Source of the DNA: an uncultured virus (IMG/VR IMGVR_UViG_3300045923_000041)
Lineage: Duplodnaviria > Heunggongvirae > Uroviricota > Caudoviricetes
DNA length: 20,000 bases
Virus record (IMG/VR): IMGVR_UViG_3300045923_000041
Span: 106,453 to 126,452 of that record
Reading direction: 5' to 3' (one strand)
Part shown: piece by piece, positions 7,713 through 17,500 of the stretch
Position numbering within the stretch: the stretch's first letter is position 1
Layout of the letters: each line of letters begins with the position of its first letter
The notes under the pieces: model-generated
Database searches by the model: none
Told to the model about the DNA's origin: nothing
The model's input: the letters and a program-made list of their open reading frames with translations, nothing else
Made by a program: the position numbers and the translations under genes

Positions 7713-8318
7713 TCAGGGCTTGGCCTTGCGCCGAAGCTCCCGAAGCTTGTCCGAAGCGCCCGAAAGGGTGCTATCCGACTCGGTTTTCTTGGCCTCGATG
7801 CGACTCTCGGTGTTTTCGGGCCTGATCGTCGCTGGGATGAACGTCGGAGTGTTGTCCTCGGGCACCGCCGCACGCACCAGCGGGCCGCCGTTGCCCTGGA
7901 CCTGGACGATGGTCGTCGTCGAGGGACCCTGCGTGCGAAGAAGCTCCAAGATCGTGTCCAGCTTGACCGTGGCCCGCTGTTCAGCCGCCAGAGCGTCCTG
8001 GCGTTGCTTCTCAAGAGCTTCCCGCAGACGCTTGTTCTCTTCTTCGAGGGCCTGCTGGCGAGCCGCAAGCGAAGGGTCCGGAGCCGCTGCAACGGGCTCG
8101 GTTGAGCCCGGGGGGATGATGACGTTTCGCTGGACGTAGGGACCCGACTGGATGAGGCAGATGTACTTCTGCCCGATAGCCCGCCAGAGATCCTTGGACT
8201 TGTTCGCTTTGTCCGCCGGGATCGTGACCGTATGGCCGTGGGGAACACCCACCCCCAAGTCCGTGATGAAGTGGATCCCGGCGACGAGGCCGAAGACGGT
8301 GACATCGCTCACGGCCAT
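7713..8318 (-). CDS. Hypothetical coiled-coil protein (candidate actin adaptor)
   Basis: 201 aa, ATG 1 nt after the upstream stop. Small N-terminal domain, central heptad-like segment LAARQQALEEENKRLREALEKQRQDALAAEQRATVKLDTILELLR, linker, and basic C-terminal helix LSGASDKLRELRRK. Confidence 0.75.
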   Translation of the reverse strand: MAVSDVTVFGLVAGIHFITDLGVGVPHGHTVTIPADKANKSKDLWRAIGQKYICLIQSGPYVQRNVIIPPGSTEPVAAAPDPSLAARQQALEEENKRLREALEKQRQDALAAEQRATVKLDTILELLRTQGPSTTTIVQVQGNGGPLVRAAVPEDNTPTFIPATIRPENTESRIEAKKTESDSTLSGASDKLRELRRKAKP

Positions 8319-8319
8319 G

Positions 8320-8829
8320 TCAACGACCCTTCTTGTTGTGGAGGGTCTGTCGGAGCTGGAGCATCACCTCACGGGTCATGCGCTCCTTGATGAACTTCTT
8401 GGCCTCTTGCTTGGCCTTCGTGATGAAGTCCACACGACCGCGGCCGGGGTGCCACCAGCTCCCGTTCTCCATCGAACGAGGCGTCGCCCAGCGGAAGATC
8501 ATCTCGCCCGAGTCGAGGACGATGGGGATCGGGACCTTCGCCTTCGTGAGCCACTTCATCTGCCTCTTCTCCTGTCCGAAGACGAGAGGCTTGAAACCGG
8601 GGTGACTGGTCGTGATGACGAGGCTGTTCGGGAAGATCTTGATCCGGAGCGACTTCGACAGCGACTTGCGGGCGCGGTCCGAAAAGGTGGGAATGTTCTG
8701 GAACTTGGCCTTGAGGCGCCGGTTCAGCTCGGCCTTGAGCTTGCGCAGCACCCCTTCTGGGTTGACGTTGAGGTTCTCGCCGATGAGGGGTTTGGCGTAG
8801 ACACCGCTGACACGCGTGGGGGCGCCCAT
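8320..8829 (-). CDS. Basic neck / tail-completion-like protein (HK97 gp10-like by position and HPG motif)
   Basis: Start reassigned to ATG 8829-8827, which overlaps the upstream TGA (TGATG translational coupling), giving 169 aa. Very basic, with WWHPG...FITKA near the C-terminus as in many phage neck/virion-morphogenesis proteins. Function is inferred. Confidence 0.55.
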   Translation of the reverse strand: MGAPTRVSGVYAKPLIGENLNVNPEGVLRKLKAELNRRLKAKFQNIPTFSDRARKSLSKSLRIKIFPNSLVITTSHPGFKPLVFGQEKRQMKWLTKAKVPIPIVLDSGEMIFRWATPRSMENGSWWHPGRGRVDFITKAKQEAKKFIKERMTREVMLQLRQTLHNKKGR

Positions 8830-10193
8830 CAGTATTCCGTGTTCTCCCAAGCGTCGGTCTCTCCACGGAGCTGGCGCTCTGCGGGGATGTTGGGCTTGTT
8901 CGTGATCTCCGAGCTGGCTTCCTGGTCAGGGCCCATCGGAGCGAACTCGACGGCCGGGAACCTGACAGGATTGTCCACGGGCACCTTGTTGCGGATGTCC
9001 TTCTCGTCGAAGTGACCCACCGTGAAGTGCTGTTGCAGGATCATGCCTCGGCTTGTAGGCATCCGAACGGCGCCGATCGAGTATCGTTCACCGTTGATCT
9101 TCACGAAGAAGTCACGGTGTGCAAGGAGCGGCGTCGGTCCCGTCCAGGACTCGTACGTGTGCTCGACCGTGCGACCGCGATCCTTCTGTGTGATGCGCTT
9201 CTCAGAGTCATCCGGCGCGATGATGATGTCGTACGGTCCGTCGTAGCCGCCGATGATCCCCGTACCGAAGCAGAGGGGATCGTCATTGATTGGTTGCTTG
9301 TGGATGTCGTCCTGGAAACAAGGGCACGGCGTGCCCACCTGCTTGCGCAAGAAGACCTTCACGCGCTCGCCCGCCTGCTCAAGCAGCCAGCGGTTTCGGC
9401 GTGCGGCCTCCTTCCAGATGTAGTCGATCTTCTCCATCTCGTAGGAGTTCGTGGCCGTCGCGTACTCCAGCGGCGTCTCCATGACCTTCTGGGACTGGAC
9501 AACGCTCGTGGCGTGGTTGACGGGGATGCCCACGGTCGTGACGAGATAGAAGACCCTCTGAACGAGGTCCGTGCGCACGAGCTGCTTCGTGTACCTGTAC
9601 GAGCAGGTCACGACGCTCGTTGAAGAAGGGACCACCGTGGGCAAGTAGTTCTGCGTGCCCGTGTCGGGGTAGCGCCGGACGTCGATCTCGATCTCGCCCG
9701 TCTGACCATCGACACGCAGGACCGGAACGATCTGGCCATCGACGATGACCTGCACGTCCTCGGCAGAGTTGGCGTAGACCTCCTGCGAGGCTTCCTTGAC
9801 GATGGGCCGAAGCAGCGTGCGGAAGACGTAACGAGGACCATAGCCGGCCATGCCCGTGCTCTGCTCGCCGAAGATGACCCACTGTTGAGGGGTGATCTGC
9901 TCGTCGGTAACGAGGACGTTGTTGGTCTGATCGCGCCAGTAGCGAGACCCGATGGGCAGGCTGTTCACGCGCTCGAACGGTCCGAACTCCGAGTCGAACG
10001 CACGGTAGATGTTGACCCCCAAGATGGAGAACCGACCGTTGAGGGTCAGGATCCCGGGGCTGTCCCACGTGAGGTCGAACACACCAGGCCGGTACCCACT
10101 CCTCACGAAGAAGTTGAGGGGTGAGACCGGCCACGGAGCCCGGACGTACTCCAGCTCACTGGGGTTCCGGTCGCGATTACTTGCATAAGGCAT
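8829..10193 (-). CDS. Putative head-closure (neck 2) protein with N-terminal Fn3-like domain
   Basis: 454 aa. N-terminal P-x2-P-x-N...LTWDSP...GVNIYR pattern is Fn3-like. C-terminal GERVKVFLRK...CPC...CFGTGIIGGY...DFFVKINGERYSI resembles head-closure proteins of large phages. Lies downstream of the adaptor. Confidence 0.55.
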   Translation of the reverse strand: MPYASNRDRNPSELEYVRAPWPVSPLNFFVRSGYRPGVFDLTWDSPGILTLNGRFSILGVNIYRAFDSEFGPFERVNSLPIGSRYWRDQTNNVLVTDEQITPQQWVIFGEQSTGMAGYGPRYVFRTLLRPIVKEASQEVYANSAEDVQVIVDGQIVPVLRVDGQTGEIEIDVRRYPDTGTQNYLPTVVPSSTSVVTCSYRYTKQLVRTDLVQRVFYLVTTVGIPVNHATSVVQSQKVMETPLEYATATNSYEMEKIDYIWKEAARRNRWLLEQAGERVKVFLRKQVGTPCPCFQDDIHKQPINDDPLCFGTGIIGGYDGPYDIIIAPDDSEKRITQKDRGRTVEHTYESWTGPTPLLAHRDFFVKINGERYSIGAVRMPTSRGMILQQHFTVGHFDEKDIRNKVPVDNPVRFPAVEFAPMGPDQEASSEITNKPNIPAERQLRGETDAWENTEY

Positions 10194-10230
10194 GGAGGCT
10201 CCCCCAGATCAGCCCCCATAAAGGGAAGAA

Positions 10231-10527
10231 TCACTGCGGTGCTTGCGCACCTTCACCCTGGGCGTTGACGAAGCTGATCTGCCCTGTCTTGGCGTCCACC
10301 TCGACAGGTGTACCCGGGTTGAGCCCACGGTCGGTCAACTCCTTGGCGAAGAGACGCTGCTTCTCCTCGTCGAGCTGCCTGGCCGAGACGAGGATCTTGA
10401 TCTTCTCGTGCTCCAAGTCGAGGAGCTGGTCGCCAAGCTGAGACCTGGCAGCCGAGACCTGTGCCATTCTTTTCAGCACATCTGGCGAGATCGGGTCGTT
10501 CGGGGTCAGCTTCTTCTCGGTGCTCAT
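10231..10527 (-). CDS. Small coiled-coil protein (98 aa)
   Basis: Start moved to the ATG at 10527 because GGAGG lies 6 nt upstream. Helical ARSQLGDQLLDLEHEKIKILVSARQLDEEKQRLF followed by a VEVDAKTGQI hairpin. Confidence 0.7.
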   Translation of the reverse strand: MSTEKKLTPNDPISPDVLKRMAQVSAARSQLGDQLLDLEHEKIKILVSARQLDEEKQRLFAKELTDRGLNPGTPVEVDAKTGQISFVNAQGEGAQAPQ

Positions 10528-10563
10528 CTTCATCCTCCGGTGGCGCACAAACGCGCGCCCGTC

Positions 10564-10590
10564 CTACAGGAGGGGATGGCATAAGAGGAC
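10564..10590 (-). promoter_or_regulatory. Candidate phage late-promoter motif (TCCTCTTAT-N15-AG)
   Basis: Second exact copy of the intergenic 9-mer, with the same spacing to a downstream AG as the copy at 7684-7710. Confidence 0.45.
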
Positions 10591-10603
10591 TAGACAGCTT
10601 GGG

Positions 10604-11521
10604 TCAGAAGCCGACGAACTTGCGAGGAGAGAGCACACCTCGGCCGGCGTACGGACCGAATGCCGAACGGATGCCGGTACCAAACTTGGGCTGCTGGACG
10701 CCCTTGATGTAGTTGACGGTCGCCTTGCCCTTTTCGAGCTGCGTCTGGAAGTGCTCACTGGCGGCTTGCTGAGCGCCTTCGTACTTGGCGGCCTTCTCCA
10801 GGTTGAGCGAGACACCGCCGATGCTGTAGTCGAACTCGTCGGCGATCCAGTTGATGCGCATGGCCTGGAGCGCGTAGTACGTCGCGCCCGTCAAGAGCAT
10901 CGTCCTCCACTCGGGATGGAGCTGCACCATCTGAGCGATGTTGGCGAAGGGAGTCTTGGGGGGCGCCGCGATGATGTCGTCGAGCGCGTTGTACATGTAC
11001 TCGACCAGCTCGTGGTCCTCCCAGATGAAGCCGAAGACCTTGCTGAACTGCGTAACCGTCTCTTCGTGGGCCGGCGGACGGAAGTGGTAGTTGCGGTCGG
11101 GGTTGTTGTCGCGGAGCAGGTTGCGCAAGCGGCGCATGAGTTCCCGCTCGTGGTGGTCCATCTCGCCACCCTCACCCCCACCGGGGCCGAACCCACCCGG
11201 TTGGACCCGGTCGATGACCGCGAAGTTCATGACGACCTGTTGCAGCGGCCCTCCGACGACCTCACGGAAGGTCCAGCGGATGCGGTAGGCACCGATGTTG
11301 GCGTCAAGCGGGATGAGCAGGCTCGCGTAGTATTCCCCGACAGACGGGTTCACGGGCACACGCATGCTCGGACCGACGAGGACTTCGCTGCCGGTCGTGA
11401 AGTCGTAGAGGGCGTAGCTGATCTCGGCGGCGTTGACGGGCGTGCCGTTGACGTTCGTCAGGTAGATGTTGAGGTCGTTCCTGCCGAGGAGCTGACCCTT
11501 GTAGAATGCGGTGGTTGCCAT
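10604..11521 (-). CDS. Putative head-tail adaptor (neck 1) with N-terminal Ig-like domain
   Basis: 305 aa. ~105-aa beta-rich N-domain, GGFGPGGGEGGE linker, then a helical domain (LMRRLRNLLRD...FIWEDHELVEYMYNALDDI...DYSIGGVSLNLEKAAKY) with the SIGGVS hairpin typical of adaptors. Start is 3 nt after the stop of the giant ORF. Confidence 0.6.
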   Translation of the reverse strand: MATTAFYKGQLLGRNDLNIYLTNVNGTPVNAAEISYALYDFTTGSEVLVGPSMRVPVNPSVGEYYASLLIPLDANIGAYRIRWTFREVVGGPLQQVVMNFAVIDRVQPGGFGPGGGEGGEMDHHERELMRRLRNLLRDNNPDRNYHFRPPAHEETVTQFSKVFGFIWEDHELVEYMYNALDDIIAAPPKTPFANIAQMVQLHPEWRTMLLTGATYYALQAMRINWIADEFDYSIGGVSLNLEKAAKYEGAQQAASEHFQTQLEKGKATVNYIKGVQQPKFGTGIRSAFGPYAGRGVLSPRKFVGF

Positions 11522-11524
11522 GCT

Positions 11525-14500
11525 TCAGTCCCATCCGCGCTTGCGGCCTCGTGGCGTCTTGTCGTCGGGGAAGTGCGCCGAGACGGCGTCGAGCACCTCG
11601 AAGTAGTAGTCCTTCGTGAAGGACTGGCTAAAGAAGGTTTCTTGAACGGTCCAGCGGACCATCCAGATGCCCGGCTGGCCACCTTCGCCAACGACACCCG
11701 TGACGTAGAAGTGTCCCACACCGGGGCCGTGCGCCGGCTCGCGAGCGTCGGGCCCGACCGGCATGAGGAACATGTCCTTCACCTGGTAGAGGGCGAACGT
11801 GACCTTGTAGGGTTCGACCGGGTGACGGCGCTTGTCGTCGTCCTTCTCGTAGACGTAGAGCGGCAGATGGTGCGGCTCGAAGAACGTGGCCCAGTACGGG
11901 AACGCGACGAGCCGCGAGGTCGTGCGAGTCCTGAGGATGGGCGGCAGAACCGGGGCTTGGTAGTTGTAGCCCGCGATGATCGCGCTGATCGGCGGTAGCG
12001 AGACGTACTGCGCCGGCGGCTGGACGTAGATGAAGGCGTTCTGCGAGGGAACACCGTAGCCCGCGAAGATCGAATCTTGGGGCGGGAGGTCTGCAACCGG
12101 GGGGAGAGCCGCAGGAATGATCTGCGCGTTCTGTGGTGGGAACCCGAAGCCCGCGAAGAGGTACTGCGGGGGCGGGAGGTCCGGAACGAGCGGGGCCGGG
12201 ATCGTCGGGATGATCTGCGGTGCTTGCGCCGCCTGGCCGTAGCCGACCACCAGCTCCGGGATCACAGTGGGGTACGGAGCGCGAGCGTCGTACGCCTGGA
12301 AGAGCTGTGCGACCTGTGCAGGGAAGCCGAACCCAGGGATGACGTACTGAGGCGGCGGAAGATCCGGTACGAGCGGGGGCGGTACCGCAGGGATGATCTG
12401 AGCAACCTGTGCTGCCTGCCCGTAGCCTGCCAGCACGTAGTCCGTAGGCGGCAAGAGCGCAGCGGGGGCGGGCACGCCGATGTAGATGGCGGGGTTCTGC
12501 GCGGCCTGTCCGAAGCCTGCGAAGAGGCTGTCGAGCGGGGGCAGAGGGACGTAGTCTGCGGGGGCTGCCTTCGAGATGAAGGGCGCCTGAGCGGCCTGCC
12601 CGTAGCCCGCGAACAGGTAGTCCGTGGGCGGGAGCTGCACGTAGGGGGACGGCGGGGGCAGCGAGAAGACCACTGCGGACTGCGCGGCCGTTCCAGCACC
12701 ACCCGTGAGAGCACCACCGGACGTCGCATAGAAGGCCGGCGGCGGATCACCCGAGCTGAGGAGCAGCGGCGGCGGGATGAGGTAGTACGCGTGCGGGGCG
12801 ACGGGCGGAGCGATGATGATCTGCGCGTTCTGCGCGGCCTGACCGTAGCCCTTGAGGACGTAGTCCTGAGGGGGGAGCTGAGCACTCGGCGGGAGAACGA
12901 AAGGTTGGAACAGCTCGGGGCTCTGCGCTGCCTGGCCGTGTCCTGCGAAGACTGCGTCCTCCGGAGGGAGCTGGGTGAACGGTGGCACGAGTGGCTGCGT
13001 GTAGACCACGGCCTTCTGAGGCGGGAACCCGAAGCCAGCGAAGATGGAGTCCAGCGGAGGCAGTGCAGCGCTCGGCGGGAGAACGAACGGCTGGTAGAGA
13101 GCGGCGTTCTGAGCCGGACGTCCAAAGCCCGCGTAGATGCTCTGTGGGGGCGGCAGCACCTCGGTTGGAGGCAGCACGAACGGCTGGACGAGGGTCGGTG
13201 CCTGCGCCGCCTGACCGAAGCCCTTGAGGATGTAGTCGGTCGGAGGCAGTGCAGCGAACGGCGGGACGAGCGGCTGCGTGTAGATTGCCGGGTTCTGTGG
13301 CGGGTAGCCGAAGCCCGCGAAGATCGAGTCCTCGGGCGGCAGGACAGCCGAGGGCGGCAGCAACGTGGGCTGCACGAAGAACGGCGCTTCGGCGGGCTTG
13401 CCGTACCCCGCATAGATGTAGTCCTGCGGCGGGAGTACCTCGGTCGGAGGCAGGATCGTCGCCTGAACATGGAAGGGTGCTTCCGCGGCCTGGCCGTACC
13501 CGGCGAACACGTAGTCCTGCGGAGGCAGATTGGCGCTTGGGGGAAGCAACGTGGGCTGCACGAAAAAGGGCACTTCGGCGGCCTGCCCGTAGCCTGCAAA
13601 GATCGAATCCAGCGGGGGAAGAGCAGCCGAGGGCGGAAGAACGAACGGCTGGAACAGCGCTGCGACCTGTGCAGGCTTGCCGTAACCGGCGTAGATGCTC
13701 TGCGGCGGAGGCAGGGCAGCCGAGGGCGGTAGGACGAACGGCTGTACGAAGAACGGTGCCTGAGCAGCCTGACCATACCCAGCGTAGACGTAGTCTTGCG
13801 GAGGCAGGTTCGCAGCGGGCGGCGGAACCCCAATGATCTGGACCGCCACTTGTGCAGGCTTGCCGAAGCCTGCGAAGATCGAATCCTCGGGCGGCAGGGC
13901 CACGTACGGGGGCTGCGGTTGCAAAGTGAAGGGGATGTTCGAGAGGCTGGGGGTTCCGTAGCCCGCGAAGATCGAGTCCTCCGGGGGCAAGATCGCGCTG
14001 GGGGCCGGGAAGAGCGAAGGGTAGAAGACCTCGGCGATCTGCGCAGCTTGACCGTAGCCGGTGACCACGTAGTCCTGCGGAGGCAGCGTCGCGCTCGGAG
14101 CAACGAGCGGTTGGGAGATGGTGAACGCGTTGAGCGAAGGCTTGCCGTACCCTGCAACGAGGAAGGTGGGAGGGGGCAGGAGTGCAGACGGCGGCAGGAC
14201 AAACGGCTGGAAGAGCGCTGCGTTCTGTGCCGGTTGACCGAACCCGGCGAAGATGCTTTGGGGTGGGGGCAGATCCGGAACCCTGGGCGGCGGGATCGCA
14301 GGGAGGATCTGTGCGACTTGAGCCGGCTGACCATACCCAATGAAGATCGAGTCCTCCGGGGGCAGAACCGCGAAGGGTGGGATCTGCGCCGGAACAACGG
14401 ACGGGGCTTGTGTTGCCTGACCGAAGCCCTTGAGGATGTAGTCTTGCGGCGGAAGCTGAACGTAGGGGGCGGGGGGCTGTACCAGGAGTTGGGCGACCTG

Positions 14501-17500
14501 CGAGGGTTGACCGTATCCAGCGAAGATCGAGTCGAGCGGCGGGAGCGTTGCCGAAGGTGGGATCTGCGCCGGGACGATGAACGGCACTTGTGCCGCCTGT
14601 CCGAAGCCCGTGTAGATGTAGTCGGTAGGCGGGAGGATCGCGCTCGGAGCAGGAACCCCAATGAACGTGGCCGCTGCCTGTGCAGCTTGACCAAAGCCAG
14701 CGTACACGGACGTGGGAGGGGGCAGAGCAGGAACAACTGGCGGCGGAATCGCAGGAATGATCTGCGCGGCCTGCGTCGGGAAGCCGAATCCCGCGAAGAC
14801 GTAATCGGTCGGCGGGAGCTGTGCGCTCGGCGGGAGGATCGTCGGCTGGACGAAGAACGGTGCCTGCGAAGGCTGGCCGTACCCCGCATAGACAGAGTCG
14901 AGAGGAGGCAGGCTCGCATTCGGCGGGAGTACGAAGGGCTGAACGAGCTGTGCGTTCTGAGCAGGCTGGCCGTACCCAGCGTACACGTAGTCCGTGGGAG
15001 GGAGCAGAGGTACGAATGGCGGCGGTGTTCCAACGAAGGTCGCTGGGGCCTGAGCTGCCTGACCGAAGCCCGCGTACACGTAGTCCGTGGGCGGAAGCAG
15101 CGGCACGAAGGGGGGCGGAACCGCAGGGATGATCTGCGCCGTCTGCGAAGGTTGGCCGTATCCCTTGAGGACGTAGTCAGTTGGCGGAAGCAGCGCGAGT
15201 TGAGGGAGGTTGAACGGCTGGTACAGCGCTGCGTTCTGCGGGGGTTGGCCGTATCCTGCCAACACATAGTCGGTGGGCGGTAGCTGCGCGTTCGGCGGAA
15301 GCACAAACGGTTGAACGAAGAACGGCGCTTCTGCGGGTTGACCGTACCCGGCCAGCACGTAGTCGGTCGGAGGAAGCACCGCGGACGGCGGCAAGACCAC
15401 CGGCTGGACGAGAGATGCATTCTGGGAGGGTTGGCCGTATCCCGTAAGAACCGCGTCAAGCGGAGGCAGGATCGCGCTCGGCGGGATCACGAACGGCTGC
15501 ACGAGCTGCGCGTTTTGCGAGGGTTGGCCAGCACCCGTGTTGGTCTGCCCGCCGAACGCGCCCGTGATGCCGATGGGCTCCCCGTTCTCAATCGCCTGGA
15601 AGAGCGGCAAGTCCGCTACTAGGGGCGGGAGGAACGAGTTGCCATAGACGTACCCCACGAGCGGATTGGCGCCCTGTCCGAGAGCGCCGCCCGAAGTGGC
15701 GTTGAACGTACCACCATCCGAGATGTACACGGTAGGCGGTTTGGTACGGTAACGCTCTGCCGGAGCCTCGATGTCGAACTCCGTGAAGGTGATGACAGGA
15801 GGTTGTGCGGCTTGGCCGGCACCTTGACCAAGAGCACCGCCTGAGGTGGGGTTGAAGGACCCACCGTCCGAGATGTACACGTGCGGCGGCTTCCCACGGC
15901 CACGCAGCGCCTCCGCGTCGATGTCCAACTCACTGTAGAGGGTAATGGGCGAAGGAGGCGGCCCCGGCTGGCCGTACCCAGTGTTGGTCTGCCCTCCGAA
16001 CGCACCCGTGATGCCGTTGGGTTCACCGTTCTCAAGAGCCTGGAACGGAGGCAGGTCGGCACGGATCTGATTGAAGATCTGCTCCTGCGCGTTGAGGTTG
16101 ATGGTCGTCGCAAGCCCCAGGGGCTTGAATGCGGCAACCGCAGCGCTCCAGTTGTAGCTCGACGTGAACGTACAGCCTGGCGAGTAGGTGCCAGGGGCGC
16201 CCGCGAGCTGGTCTTGCTCCATCGCTGCGCCGGAGTTGAAGTTGTACCTGGTGATCGCACCGCCCGTGGGCACGTAGCCGGTGCTAGACCCGTTCGTCTC
16301 GATGACCGTGAACAGGAGGTCCGTGCCTACCGTTGTCGTGATCGGCACTGACACGGAGGTGCTTGCAGTGGTGCCGATCGCGGTCGCCACATCAAGGGGA
16401 TCCGACGTGTTCTGGACACCGGAGTATTCCACCACACTGAGTTCGTAGTAGTTGGATCCACCCCAAGTCGCGGTGACGGCGTTGCTAGCGTGGGCAGCGA
16501 TGTTCCAAGCGTAGTAGATAGCGACGATACCCCCAGGACTGACCACTGCCGAGTGGTACACGTTGCCAGCGGTATCAGTGACCGAGATGGGACCACCAGT
16601 GGGCGAGAACACCGCCGCCACAAGCAGGTTGCCCGCTGTGTTCGAGCCGGTGAACGTAGCCGTGACGCTGGTACCTGGGGCGACGTTGTTGCTCGCCACC
16701 TGGACGTACGTGGGAGCCGTGATGCCGGGGTTTCCCGCGATGCTCAACGAACCAAACTGACCACTGATGTTGAGGTACCCCGTAAGGGTAACAACATCGA
16801 GTCCCTTCAAGATCGTTTGCTGCGTTGGGGGAAGCCCCCACGGCTGCATCGCGGGGGACAGGACATCCAAGGGGCTCGCGTAGATGGTCCCCTTCGCCGG
16901 CACGATAGAACCGGCCCCTGCGTGGAGAGCTATGCTGTAGGGCAGCACCTCGGGAGCCTTGAAGGGCGATGAGTGCGAGACGTACGCGACGCCTGGCGAT
17001 TGACCGTACCCGGCCTTGACGCCTGTTGTCGCCGGAAGCTGTGGCGACTCGCTAACCGAGGGTCTGGTGATTGTGTTGATGTTCGACAGACCCGCAAAGC
17101 TCTGTGCCTTGAAGGTCACAATGCAAGAGACAACCGAACCGCCCGACGACGCGATCGTGGAAGTGCTGCTGTAGGCCCCGGTCGATGTGACTACACGATC
17201 GGCCACACCATTCCACGGACCGTTGCCACCGAGACCTCTGGAAGTCCAAGTGGGGTCCAACGCTGAAAGGTTGTTACCCGCCCAAGCGAGCCAGTTGAAC
17301 AGAAGCTCGGTGGCTTGGGTTGTTGTGGGGGTAGGACCCGTTGTGAAGCTCGTACCAGACGAACCCGTGTAGGTATCGACAGAAACGTCTGGACCAGCAA
17401 GCCCGCTGTACTCCAAGGCCCACACGTAGAAGCTCTGCATGCCTCCCGTGGTGTACGTGACCGTGATGTGCGTGGCGCCCGCGATCGTGATCTTCGAGTA

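Noticed and set aside
1..11521. Bacterial eCIS/T6SS/tailocin locus instead of a phage
   Set aside because: Adaptor-like and head-closure-like genes imply a capsid, and no baseplate, VgrG or AAA-ATPase genes typical of those loci are seen. A capsid gene is also not in the window, so this rejection is an inference.
12262..15459. 1,065-aa alternative-frame ORF overlapping the repeat array
   Set aside because: Arg/Ser/Leu low-complexity product. The lack of stops is explained by biased Pro/Ala/Gln codons in a repeated unit. The same applies to 2010-3278, 912-1583 and 6494-7459.
11972..15535. ~93-bp periodic DNA repeats as a CRISPR array or DGR template/variable repeats
   Set aside because: Units are in-frame multiples of 3, conserved at protein level with synonymous variation. 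There is no invariant repeat/unique spacer pattern, no obvious adenine-specific mismatch pattern, and no cas or reverse transcriptase gene in the window.
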